Virus record (IMG/VR): IMGVR_UViG_3300006925_000008
Coordinates: 1-64,000 of that record
DNA from: a virus
DNA: 64,000 bases
Reading direction: 5' to 3' (one strand)
Every line of letters begins with the position of its first letter. The stretch's first letter is position 1. Below, in pieces: positions 46,681 to 56,161 of the stretch. The notes below the pieces were generated by a model. It searched no databases. It was not told the DNA's origin and saw only the letters and a program-made list of their open reading frames with translations. The position numbers were made by a program, and so were the translations under genes.

Positions 46681-47317
46681 CTGAATAGGTCAGTTGTCGG
46701 TTGCGGGGCGGGGGGAGTTGTCCTTGTGGCTGTGGCCTCTCTAACTCCATTCCCTTATCAGCAAAACGGTCATAGAACATGGGATGAATCTCATCCGCTC
46801 GTTGTCCGGGGTTTACCAGCCATTCAGGGATGCCCTCCATGGGTGACTCTCCCGTTCCTTCTGTTCTAATACTGCTCTCTCCTTCTGCGTGTTCAGGGTT
46901 CTTCACCGTGTCTTTAGTTGAAACACGCATTTCACTGTTTTTGTCAGGTAAGGCATAACCCTGCTTCCTGTCATAATTCGGATGAGACGGGTCTAAAGCA
47001 CCTCTTTCGTAGTGTTCGGGTCGGGGGGCCATTACTTCTGAATCTCCGGGCCTTCTTTTTCTCCGGTCATATAGGTCGGGGTTTCCTGATGTAGCACTTA
47101 GCATATTTGCTCTTTCGTCCCTCAAGTTGCTCCTCACTTTTCGCTCATATTCCGTCACTACTGGCTGATCAATTTGGTCATCAAGATGTTCTAAATCTCG
47201 CCTCAAATTATCAGCGTGCGCTTGATGACCATGCGGTGCATATGAGCCGTAAAACTTCATCAGACTCCATGCGGAATCTAGGGCTTGCTTGTGAATCATG
47301 TCTTCTGTTTTAGGCAT
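46617..47317 (-). repeat. 55-bp imperfect direct repeat (46617-46671 and 47263-47317)
   Basis: 48/55 identical. 6 of the 7 differences leave the peptide unchanged. Confidence 0.9.
46673..47317 (-). CDS. Putative virion-internal protein with MPKTExMIHKQALDSAWS leader
   Basis: Start placed at ATG 47317 by the repeat. Hydrophilic, probably disordered body. Confidence 0.65.
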   Translation of the reverse strand: MPKTEDMIHKQALDSAWSLMKFYGSYAPHGHQAHADNLRRDLEHLDDQIDQPVVTEYERKVRSNLRDERANMLSATSGNPDLYDRRKRRPGDSEVMAPRPEHYERGALDPSHPNYDRKQGYALPDKNSEMRVSTKDTVKNPEHAEGESSIRTEGTGESPMEGIPEWLVNPGQRADEIHPMFYDRFADKGMELERPQPQGQLPPPRNRQLTYSGE

Positions 47318-47327
47318 AATAATCAAC

Positions 47328-49775
47328 TCATAGGGTATAATATGGATTAGTTTCTTCAATCTTCAAGTGTCGGACAATGCATTCAACTTCAGCGGTGACT
47401 GGTCCCTTGTCATCAGGCATTGGATGATTTGCTTTGACGATGGTGTAGTCTTCAAGCGTGATTACTGTGCTTTGTCTTGTAGCCGCTGAACCTGTCTTGT
47501 TCATTCTGAACACGATGTCGTTTGAATTAGTGTGATGCTTTCTAGTCCTCATTTCAGTCCAATAGCGGTCATCCTCGACAATGGCCGAGAAGTTAAACTT
47601 GTATTCTCTCATTGCTTCTGTGATGTCAAGTGCCTGATGTGTTCCGCCGTGTTGAACCTGATCACCGTCAAGCGTTTGACCTTCAAATCCACGAACATAC
47701 CAGCGAGCGGAATTGTTGTTGGCGAGACTAAACTCAAATTGAGTCCCACGGAGGACAGGTGTGCCAAATGCTTCAACGCTCAAGTCTTGGAATAGGTATG
47801 GCTTTTCACCATCAACTGCAACACCTGAAACCAATCGGTTGACAAAAGTGTTCGCTGTATTTTCAAACATACGGTGTGGGACAAACTTGTTGACAGTATC
47901 CGTGTAGTGGCGTGTTGCCTCATACTCCATTGTCAGTTTGCATTCTCCTTCACTATCAGCCGCTAGTTTAGCGGATTGCACTTTGCATCCATTGAAGAGT
48001 CGTAGCATTTGTTCACGGCCCGGAGTTGCGTTTGTTTGTCTAAAAGACTGTTCGATCATAAATGTCGGAACATGAGTATGCCCGAATAATGTGTGAGATA
48101 CACCATGGGCCAAAGCACCACCAGTGCCAATCATTGGGGTCCCTCTTCGACCATCCTTGACAGTCAAAGCACCAGCCGTTGAATGCACATAGCCCATTCT
48201 TTCAATGCCACATGATGCGGCGATGTGGTCAAGTAGCCATGGTTCTTCGATATACAACTCGGTGTTTGCATTGTTCTTGCCGATAATCCTGCGGATTTCA
48301 TTCTTGAACACAGTTGGCAGTGTTGAGTCAGCACCCGGAATAGAATGGGTGTCTTTGTCGTAAATCTGAATATAGTCGCCAGCGGAGTATTTCGCACCTA
48401 GGGTCGCACTAACCTTGACAAACACATCGCCTGAAGCAATGCTCGCAGTTGGCGAACCAAGAAGTTGGACCGGGACATCGACAAGTTTGACTCGTGCTTG
48501 CACACCCGCATCGATGTCGGCAACGGTCTTGTGAGCCGGTGCATCAACAAGGACTGAAGTGGATGCCGCAAATGAAGCGGAACCAGCACCGCTAGTGACA
48601 GTGATTGTCACTGTTGGATAGGAGGTATATCCGCTACCCGGTTCAGTGATTACGATTGCGTCTAATGTTCCTGTCGCAGTGACAGTCCCAGTGGCTTGAA
48701 CGCCCCCTGTGAGGTCGGGCGCACCGAAGACTACATCAGCGGAGTTTATCACTCCTGCTTGAGTTACATCGCCCATAGCAGGCACGCCAACCGCTGAAAT
48801 GCCAGCGGCGAATGAACCGATCAAGACTTTACCGTCAGTGCCAAGAGTTTTGATAATTCCGGCAGTTGGAACCGTAGCATGGGAAGTAGCAAAAGAGCCG
48901 ACACCCATTACATTCCCGGTGTCCGTAGCAATAGTCCTAGCACCAAGGAGAATGGTCTGACCATCAGCACCACCAGTGAGGCTGGCGAGACCAGCCGCCC
49001 CTAGTGTCGTTAGGTCTGTGACATTCACTTTATTGGTTGACCCATATGCTTGAACCGCCCAAATGTCAGTTGCACTGTCTTTGAGGTTCAATGGATTCTC
49101 GGTTAATATGGTTGCACCTGAAAGACTGTTAATGCTAGACAATTCGCCATCGCTCTTTGAAACACAGCCGCCAAGTGCATATTTCATCCACTTCAAGGTG
49201 TGTGCGTTTGACTCCATGCTCCCACCGGCCAGTGTTTCACGGCCACTGGTCAATACATTGACATCTCGACCCATGCCAATGACATGTTGCTTTCTGACAT
49301 CAATTTCAGGTTCAGGCAATCCAAATGTGTTTAGCAATCCAATGAAACCATCGCTCTTTACTTGAGACGATGAATCCGTGCTTGCCGCATCAATGGTTGG
49401 ACAGCCAATGCTGTCAAGAGTAAAAATATCTGACGCTTTTGCATTGCCCGTAGTAGCCATTGCAGGTTGAACATTGATCGTGTTAGTTGAACAGTCATTT
49501 GCAGTGATGTAATAGGTGCGGCGTGTTGCTGAATAGTCATCAGACGAATAGACATCTCCACCCGCTACACGAAGGATACAACCCACGAGAACATTGTCAG
49601 GAACCGCATTATGGAACCATGCATTGCTACCGTATGTAATCACGGAGGTATTTGGCAATGTAGCGTGTGCCGCCACTGCCCAACCATCCGCACTGTCGTC
49701 GCCTTCTAGTCTCAATCCTGTTTCTTTGCCCCAAGATACTTCTGCTAAGTCGCCCTTGAATACTGTGTTTACCAT
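47328..49775 (-). CDS. Major tail (tube) protein with large internal insertion
   Basis: N-terminal KGDLAEVSWGKET and C-terminal TFMIEQS...FNGCKVQSAKL. Lies after the terminator. GAGGTGA RBS. Confidence 0.7.
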   Translation of the reverse strand: MVNTVFKGDLAEVSWGKETGLRLEGDDSADGWAVAAHATLPNTSVITYGSNAWFHNAVPDNVLVGCILRVAGGDVYSSDDYSATRRTYYITANDCSTNTINVQPAMATTGNAKASDIFTLDSIGCPTIDAASTDSSSQVKSDGFIGLLNTFGLPEPEIDVRKQHVIGMGRDVNVLTSGRETLAGGSMESNAHTLKWMKYALGGCVSKSDGELSSINSLSGATILTENPLNLKDSATDIWAVQAYGSTNKVNVTDLTTLGAAGLASLTGGADGQTILLGARTIATDTGNVMGVGSFATSHATVPTAGIIKTLGTDGKVLIGSFAAGISAVGVPAMGDVTQAGVINSADVVFGAPDLTGGVQATGTVTATGTLDAIVITEPGSGYTSYPTVTITVTSGAGSASFAASTSVLVDAPAHKTVADIDAGVQARVKLVDVPVQLLGSPTASIASGDVFVKVSATLGAKYSAGDYIQIYDKDTHSIPGADSTLPTVFKNEIRRIIGKNNANTELYIEEPWLLDHIAASCGIERMGYVHSTAGALTVKDGRRGTPMIGTGGALAHGVSHTLFGHTHVPTFMIEQSFRQTNATPGREQMLRLFNGCKVQSAKLAADSEGECKLTMEYEATRHYTDTVNKFVPHRMFENTANTFVNRLVSGVAVDGEKPYLFQDLSVEAFGTPVLRGTQFEFSLANNNSARWYVRGFEGQTLDGDQVQHGGTHQALDITEAMREYKFNFSAIVEDDRYWTEMRTRKHHTNSNDIVFRMNKTGSAATRQSTVITLEDYTIVKANHPMPDDKGPVTAEVECIVRHLKIEETNPYYTL

Positions 49776-49786
49776 ATTTCTTCACC

Positions 49787-50218
49787 TCATACTGCCACTA
49801 ATGGCTTGCTAAATGTAATGACCTCGGCCTGCATAGTGTAGCGGAACATCCTCTTACTACGGTCTGACAAGTCGGTTCGGGTTTTGAATATAACCCTGTC
49901 AAAGTTGGTCCCATCTCCTTTTCGATGGAGGTGGAGGATACGCCGGACTTCATCACGAATTGCACTTAAACGCTCCCGGCTCTTTACGGTTCGCACATCG
50001 ATGGTCAAATTGATATGCTCGTTAATGAAGTCGAAAAGCAATTCAGGCTGTGCTTCGTTGTGTGCTGTTTCAAACACACGCACTACATCCTTATCCTGCA
50101 TACGGACTCTTTTACCTTCGCCACGATCAAGAACAGCAATGTCCTCAATGCTTGGTTTAGGGGATAAAGTCCAGTTTGAGTTGAGTAAATTGACAATTGC
50201 TATAATGGCATCAGTCAT
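49787..50218 (-). CDS. Putative tail terminator / tail completion protein
   Basis: 143-aa alpha/beta protein directly upstream of the tail tube. Confidence 0.6.
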   Translation of the reverse strand: MTDAIIAIVNLLNSNWTLSPKPSIEDIAVLDRGEGKRVRMQDKDVVRVFETAHNEAQPELLFDFINEHINLTIDVRTVKSRERLSAIRDEVRRILHLHRKGDGTNFDRVIFKTRTDLSDRSKRMFRYTMQAEVITFSKPLVAV

Positions 50219-50220
50219 CC

Positions 50221-50499
50221 TTAAATCCCCCTGTATAATTTGTCTTTGAGGTGATTAAACTTCATTCGGTGAGGGTTTGTCGGCAGTTGAATATCAACAA
50301 CATGCTCAATTTCGGCCTCGGACATGTCTAGCCCATCCAATTCAGACATAAGAGATTCACGCATGATTTGACCATCTCGCCAGTCTATCTCATTGGCGGG
50401 CAACTCTTTAGCGCATACATCCAACTGTTTGGAGATGGCTGTCAAAGACATCAACCATTCTTCAGTAACAGGGAACAGTTTTTCAGCCATATCAGCCAC
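50221..50499 (-). CDS. Hypothetical neck-region protein
   Basis: Coupled ORF in the neck module. Confidence 0.55.
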   Translation of the reverse strand: MADMAEKLFPVTEEWLMSLTAISKQLDVCAKELPANEIDWRDGQIMRESLMSELDGLDMSEAEIEHVVDIQLPTNPHRMKFNHLKDKLYRGI

Positions 50500-52132
50500 C
50501 CATGCCCGCTACAATAATTGATTCTTGGAATGGAACCAGCAACTGTTTTGCTTCTGTTTCTAACCTTTGCACCTTAGCGTTAAGGTCTATTCCTTGAGAG
50601 CCTTCAGGGAACATAACGGAGTAATCATCAGCCATCAATATGTCAATGACAACCAATTTGGTGCAAGCGTCTTCGATCATCTTATCGACATACCTTTCGC
50701 CATACACATATGAAATCTTTAGGCTGTGGTTCTCAAAGAACGGGTATTGGTTGTTAAACATGATTGCCCCGTTGTCCTCCATTGACCACCAATCTGTTTG
50801 TCGTTCTTCGGAGGTGGCATCGCTATTGAATCGGTGTTGCGTCAAAGTGTCTGTCGCTAATACATTATCGCCAAAAGTCCCTGATAAGTCAGTGACGATA
50901 GTGAATGTATTGCCCACACGGGTGCATAATGCCACATGATTCCCTGAACATACAATACCATGGCCCTCCGTAAAAGTCCCAGCATCATCAACAACAAACC
51001 CGGTAATTGGTGAACCACCAGTCACTGATGTGATTGTAGTCGAATGTGTTGCCCCTAAAGTGAATGTGAATGAATTGGTGTTTGTAACGCCGATGGTGGC
51101 ATTCTCCCCCTCCTCCGTTGAACGCATACTGCTGATCATAATTTTGCCATCTCCATCGTCGCTGTTTGCTGTTGCCAAAAACTCATGGCTGACATTCAAT
51201 GGTTTAGGGACTCCGTTTGGGTCTGTCCCTTCAGTCAAAGAGCCTATCTGTATTGCTGTTTTTTCAGCGGCGGCATCCATGTTTATCAGATTTGAAATCT
51301 GTTGAGCAATGGTTTTTATCCCGAAGTCTTTACTCCATTGGTTATTGCCAACCCCTTGTTCAAGCGTTGCTGTTGCATTTACTCCACCGGGGCATAGGAA
51401 AAACTTGTCAGATGCTTGTATCTGTATGGGGTTTGTAATTGACAGTTTGATACGAGACGCACCTAACTCTCGATAGTAATCCCCTTGCCAAACCGAAAGC
51501 CGTAAAATGCGTTGAACCGCTCTATTCTTCAGATATACCGCACCTACATAATCGGTGTAATATCTCCTTCGATATGGTTTGAAAGTGGTGAAGTTTTGAT
51601 ACTCGTCAGATACAAGACTTGGCCTCCATGACATACGGGTGGTCCTGTCAATGTAATCCTGTCTTTGCCTGATCAGGTCCTCAACATGAGACTTGCTCAA
51701 GCCTCTTTCTTTGCTGTTGCTTATTGAAGAGTTGGCTTGGACAACAGCACCTTGAGCGGTTGTATATGCAACTCCGGGGTCTTCAGCAATGAGGTTTACT
51801 TTTCCCCCAGTCCCTGCTGATTTGACCAAGGATACGCTTAGAGTTGAACCCATTGATTCAACATCATCATACACAGTTATGCTGTCGCCCGCTGAAAAGC
51901 CCCAGCGTCGATAGTCAGCCCCCCCAATGGGGATTAGAATGTAATTTGTTAAAGCAGTTAATGAAGCGTCAATGTTCGCACCAGTATCAACGGTGGTGTC
52001 TCCCGCTAAAATCACAGGTTCAGGAAGTGGCAATTGTAGGTATTCGCTTACTTTTTGGACGGTGGTGTAAACCAAGTCATCAGGATATAACGGCTGACTA
52101 GGCCGATGACCCGGATGAAAGACTCTTGGCAT
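50492..52132 (-). CDS. Head-tail adaptor (gp6/gp15-like) with insertions
   Basis: YTTVQKVSEYL, IDRTTRMSW, KISYVYG...IEDACTKLV connector motifs. Confidence 0.7.
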   Translation of the reverse strand: MPRVFHPGHRPSQPLYPDDLVYTTVQKVSEYLQLPLPEPVILAGDTTVDTGANIDASLTALTNYILIPIGGADYRRWGFSAGDSITVYDDVESMGSTLSVSLVKSAGTGGKVNLIAEDPGVAYTTAQGAVVQANSSISNSKERGLSKSHVEDLIRQRQDYIDRTTRMSWRPSLVSDEYQNFTTFKPYRRRYYTDYVGAVYLKNRAVQRILRLSVWQGDYYRELGASRIKLSITNPIQIQASDKFFLCPGGVNATATLEQGVGNNQWSKDFGIKTIAQQISNLINMDAAAEKTAIQIGSLTEGTDPNGVPKPLNVSHEFLATANSDDGDGKIMISSMRSTEEGENATIGVTNTNSFTFTLGATHSTTITSVTGGSPITGFVVDDAGTFTEGHGIVCSGNHVALCTRVGNTFTIVTDLSGTFGDNVLATDTLTQHRFNSDATSEERQTDWWSMEDNGAIMFNNQYPFFENHSLKISYVYGERYVDKMIEDACTKLVVIDILMADDYSVMFPEGSQGIDLNAKVQRLETEAKQLLVPFQESIIVAGMGG

Positions 52133-52148
52133 ACATTACCCCCCCTCC

Positions 52149-52700
52149 TCAATAATCGTCTCCGATTTCAAGATGTCTTACTTTTCCGCCTTGTCTGCGT
52201 TGTTGTTTTCCGGCATGTCTCGACTCGGCTCTCCGGCGTGAACATGTTGAAGGGACTTCACCAGCGGCACATTGGTCAGGGGAGTCCGTTGACATAGCAC
52301 CGCACCCTCTTACTGAACATGGCTGTGCTTTGATCAGGGACCAACCGCAGTCACCCGCTTCTTGAATTGCTTTAGCGAGTTTAGCCTTCTTTGGGTAACA
52401 GTTTTCACATGCATTGCCGTCAGTGTCCGTCCCGTCCGAGCAATTCATACAATTCATATTCTTGTATGCCTTTTCATCACTCTTAGCAACTTTCTTGTTG
52501 CCATCCTCATCCATGTCCAATATATTGACGGCATTAGGTGAAGAATCCGTGACCTGCTTAGGAACGCCACACTTTTGGTTACATTCGCTTTTCTGTGCTG
52601 GTGTGCATTCAGAATAATTGCAGTTGAAATGTTTCTGACAGTATGCGTTCTTTTCATCCATGTCGGCTCTCGCCTTCAAAATTAACTCATTTAGATTCAT
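52149..52700 (-). CDS. Cys-rich segmented protein with internal AGDCGWSLIK motif
   Basis: Three Cys clusters separated by ILKA, VAKS, LAKA and LIKA. Confidence 0.65.
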   Translation of the reverse strand: MNLNELILKARADMDEKNAYCQKHFNCNYSECTPAQKSECNQKCGVPKQVTDSSPNAVNILDMDEDGNKKVAKSDEKAYKNMNCMNCSDGTDTDGNACENCYPKKAKLAKAIQEAGDCGWSLIKAQPCSVRGCGAMSTDSPDQCAAGEVPSTCSRRRAESRHAGKQQRRQGGKVRHLEIGDDY

Positions 52701-53038
52701 GCTATTTGCCTCGCTTTTGAATTATGATGGCTACCTAAATTGTAGTCCATAGGACCGCTACATACAGCACAGGAGGGAGTCCAGCAAAAATGTAGCATCC
52801 CACAGTCCAAGCATCTAGTGCCTGAACCAATGCTTTGGATGTCCATTCTTTCATTGCCTTTAATCTCCATTCGTATATCGGTGGAATTGCGTGCCAGCCA
52901 CTCTTTGCTGAATGGGGCAATAGATTCGTGAACGGATGAGTTATGAGAGTTTGCTACTTCTAGCATTCGACTATTGCGCCTCTTCTCAATTTCAAACGCT
53001 TCGTCAAGATCGACTGAATCAACAGATAGTCTTGCCAT
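52697..53038 (-). CDS. Protein with C-terminal zinc ribbon
   Basis: RCLDCGMLHFCWTPSCAVC. Confidence 0.7.
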   Translation of the reverse strand: MARLSVDSVDLDEAFEIEKRRNSRMLEVANSHNSSVHESIAPFSKEWLARNSTDIRMEIKGNERMDIQSIGSGTRCLDCGMLHFCWTPSCAVCSGPMDYNLGSHHNSKARQIA

Positions 53039-53052
53039 ATTGGACAGCCCCT

Positions 53053-53406
53053 TCAGGCTCGCCCGCCGGTAATCATGATTCTAATGATGAGGCCTGTTCC
53101 TAGGAGAACATCGCCGCTTAGGTCAAGTCCTGTTGCTTCAATAAGTGCAACATTTGCACCGCCACCGTCAGCGGGGTCGGTTTGAACATACGCCTTGATA
53201 GTCTTAGTTGCACGGTCATATTCAAAGACATAACCGCCGGTGTTTTCAATGTGAACCATATCAGGGTTCGCTACATAGGAGGTTGCATCGAAAGTTGCGC
53301 CGCCTGCGTCCCATGAGGTGTCTGCTGTTGATGCACTAAGGGATACAGTCAATCTGTTGCCCGATACATTGGTTCGCCCTGCTTGAGTAACTGTAAGAGT
53401 CGTCAT
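53053..53406 (-). CDS. Small virion protein (head decoration-like)
   Basis: Beta-rich with GYVFEYD. Downstream of the MCP. Confidence 0.55.
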   Translation of the reverse strand: MTTLTVTQAGRTNVSGNRLTVSLSASTADTSWDAGGATFDATSYVANPDMVHIENTGGYVFEYDRATKTIKAYVQTDPADGGGANVALIEATGLDLSGDVLLGTGLIIRIMITGGRA

Positions 53407-53455
53407 TGCTATCAATCCGTTCAGTATGTCTTTCCTTATAACAATAACTTACTAT

Positions 53456-54049
53456 TCAAGAATAGTAAACTATGACTCGGATTGGCCCTGTGGAAGTATG
53501 AAATGTGTTTGCACTTAGGAATTGAAGAACAAACTTGACACTGCCACAGACTCTCCCGGTCCATGGTTGAACACTGCCGACCACTCTAGGGGTTCCGCCT
53601 GCATCAGCGACATTAGGGGCCGCTGGTGTGCTATGCCCTGACAGCCCAGTCCTAACACTCAATGCAATATCCATTGTAGTCCCGTTCTGTGCCGCACCTT
53701 CATTGGTTTGAAATTGATAAAAGGTTTCAGGGTTTTGTCCTGTGAAGTCAACGCCTCCAATAGGTGTGAAGAGGTTTTCTTGACTACCTGACATGGTAAA
53801 GAAGTCACCATTGACCATACTGAATTGTCCTTTAGTGGTTTCAACATCAGACTGTGTAGTAGCCAGCGACATACCCACATCAAGTTTAATCGTATGGATT
53901 TCACCGTTGATCGGAATCTTTGCTGATTCAACCATTGGGTTTGACGCTAAATCAGCCTCATCGAATTGATAGACTAGACGATTGACACGAGTCCTAGAAG
54001 CGTATCGCCCATCACCATCATCAATGGTGTGTTCAATAATACCCATCAA
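53456..54049 (-). CDS. Virion structural protein
   Basis: Beta-rich ORF in the head module. Confidence 0.55.
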   Translation of the reverse strand: MMGIIEHTIDDGDGRYASRTRVNRLVYQFDEADLASNPMVESAKIPINGEIHTIKLDVGMSLATTQSDVETTKGQFSMVNGDFFTMSGSQENLFTPIGGVDFTGQNPETFYQFQTNEGAAQNGTTMDIALSVRTGLSGHSTPAAPNVADAGGTPRVVGSVQPWTGRVCGSVKFVLQFLSANTFHTSTGPIRVIVYYS

Positions 54050-54513
54050 GCATCAACCCCTGCATTGAATGCAAGGGCCTTTTCAATCAAAGTGGCTTTG
54101 GTATCCTTCGTAACCGTAGGAATGCCTTTACTTCTGCACCATGACATCATTTGCGCTCTTGACATTGATTCACTGAATTGAGGTCCTTCTTCGATTGCAT
54201 CAATCATTGCTTGAGACTGTTCAGTAGTGGCAGGTGGTGTTTCAACCACTGTTTCAACTACTTCTTCGACAACTGGGGTTTTATCCTCAACTGCGTCAAG
54301 CATTGCTTTTGATTTGTCTTCAGGTTCTGAATCCGATACTGTCCACATTGAAGCACCATTGTCGATCATCGGGATGATGACTTCTTTGATGAATGCTTCA
54401 GGGACATCTGTTCGGGCCTCGCCACGAGCGAATCCAAACTTAAGTGGATGCAATTTGAAGTGCGTCAATTCAGCGTAAGGCCTTGCACCTGTGTAGGTTA
54501 AGGTTAGAGTCAT
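54046..54513 (-). CDS. Head-associated protein with C-terminal HeH/Rho-N-like motif
   Basis: MSRAQMMSWCRSKGIP....TKATLIEK. GAGGTGA RBS. Confidence 0.6.
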   Translation of the reverse strand: MTLTLTYTGARPYAELTHFKLHPLKFGFARGEARTDVPEAFIKEVIIPMIDNGASMWTVSDSEPEDKSKAMLDAVEDKTPVVEEVVETVVETPPATTEQSQAMIDAIEEGPQFSESMSRAQMMSWCRSKGIPTVTKDTKATLIEKALAFNAGVDA

Positions 54514-54524
54514 AAAGACTCACC

Positions 54525-54914
54525 TCAAGCATACAAGAAGCAAAGTCGGTGCGTATCGCCAGCGGTTCCTGAACCGGAGGTGAAGTTGATCACAGCGTTG
54601 TTTGTTCCTGAAAGGTAAACTGCTGTTGGGACTTCAAAGCCACCGGACATGTTGTTGACTGAAAGAATTGCTAGTCCGTGGGTCCCACTGACTCCGACAA
54701 TTCCTGTTGAGGTCAAGTCGATTGCTGATGCACCTGCGGCTGTGCAGACTACATCAAGAATCATCATCTTGACTCCGCCTTCCGCTTGTGAATCTGCGGC
54801 AACACCTGTAATGCCTGCCAACCATGCGGTTGAATCATTTCGGGTTCCCATCCAAAGACCTTCGTCTAGGACTACGCTTGCTGTTGTTTCTTCGATATTT
54901 GTTACTACTGCCAT
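54525..54914 (-). CDS. Putative capsid decoration protein
   Basis: Small beta-rich gene immediately after the MCP. Confidence 0.55.
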   Translation of the reverse strand: MAVVTNIEETTASVVLDEGLWMGTRNDSTAWLAGITGVAADSQAEGGVKMMILDVVCTAAGASAIDLTSTGIVGVSGTHGLAILSVNNMSGGFEVPTAVYLSGTNNAVINFTSGSGTAGDTHRLCFLYA

Positions 54915-54951
54915 CTAAATCATCTCTTTAATTTTCATTTCTCCGTTGAGA

Positions 54952-56121
54952 TCAAGCACTTAGGTCCCTCACCTTGCCGTGTGCGCCATAGAACAGTTGC
55001 CATAGGTTGCCCATCGTGTGGAACATTCCCATTTGACCTAGACGGTTGATACCGAATGGGTCTCCTGTCTCAATGCCTGATTCGTGATAGAGAGTTGGTT
55101 TTGCAGTGCAGAAGTAGGTGTAATCAGTATCCATGTAGTATAGACGGCTGATTCCTGCTCCTCCTTCGTTGTGAACATCCTTAGAAGGAATAAGAGGCAC
55201 ACCGTTGTATGTAGCAACGATAAACCCTGCCTCCATACCCGGAACACCTTTCACGCCGTTGACACCCGGAACAACTTTCTTCATTTCAGTGAAGCGTTGT
55301 TGAGGTTGTAGCAACTGTTGAATCTTCTCAAGAGTATCGTATCCAGTCATGATGACCTTTGGTTGTCCACCACGCTCCCAAATGTTGCGGAACATGCCAT
55401 CGAGGATGTTCAGTGTAAGTGGGCGTTCATCACCATTGGTTCCCGCATCAACATTTGCATCAGACCATTCTTGCGTTGCCGCTTCAGGTCGGCTGATGTT
55501 GTATTGGTCGTGGTCGCCTGCCGATACATCGCCAAAGGTTGAAGCCTTCTCGATCTTAGCGGATGAAGTAATACGGTCAATAGAGTCAAAGTCATTCAAT
55601 GTGGTGCTACGGTAGGAAATATCCTTTAGAAGCATTTTGTTGATGGTTTCAGCGTGGTGCTTGGCCATCTCCATTTTCATGACAGCACGAGCATCACCAA
55701 GACCGTCATCCTTGTCAGCAAGGAACATTGCGGTTTCAGTGAGGTCAAAGGTGTGAGCCACTGTGCGTGGTTTGTCATTGACATGCAAGAAAGTTGGTTT
55801 GCTTGTTTCAGGCAGTGTTGCGTTTTCAGGAACGCCGCCACCCTTGCTAGAATCAGGCTTGCCAGTGACGACTCGCCATCCACTCTTTTCCCATGGTTTC
55901 TTTGGCATGATTGAAAATGCGTTAAACTCTTGGTTCAACTGTGACCAAACCTTACGGCCAAAAATAGCCTGATAGGTTCCGCTTGTAGTGGACATCAATG
56001 GAGAGTCAGCCTTCAATAGGTCTGTTCCGCTGTATGCCCATGCGTTGTTTCCTGCTCCTGCACCGTAATACAGTCGCTCCATGTCTTCAATTGTTCGTAG
56101 GTATCCTCGTGATCCGCTCAT
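54952..56121 (-). CDS. Major capsid protein (HK97 fold)
   Basis: Follows the protease. KPWEKSGWRV, GGVPENATLP, GGQPKVIMTG, ATYNGVPLIPSKD. Confidence 0.9.
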   Translation of the reverse strand: MSGSRGYLRTIEDMERLYYGAGAGNNAWAYSGTDLLKADSPLMSTTSGTYQAIFGRKVWSQLNQEFNAFSIMPKKPWEKSGWRVVTGKPDSSKGGGVPENATLPETSKPTFLHVNDKPRTVAHTFDLTETAMFLADKDDGLGDARAVMKMEMAKHHAETINKMLLKDISYRSTTLNDFDSIDRITSSAKIEKASTFGDVSAGDHDQYNISRPEAATQEWSDANVDAGTNGDERPLTLNILDGMFRNIWERGGQPKVIMTGYDTLEKIQQLLQPQQRFTEMKKVVPGVNGVKGVPGMEAGFIVATYNGVPLIPSKDVHNEGGAGISRLYYMDTDYTYFCTAKPTLYHESGIETGDPFGINRLGQMGMFHTMGNLWQLFYGAHGKVRDLSA

Positions 56122-56161
56122 TTCTTTTCATCTCCTTTTTTCAAGTTGTATTTTGAAAGGA

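Noticed and set aside
46617-47317. 55-bp repeat as a DGR template/variable repeat pair or attachment site
   Set aside because: Differences are mostly synonymous rather than adenine-specific, and no reverse transcriptase or integrase is in the window.
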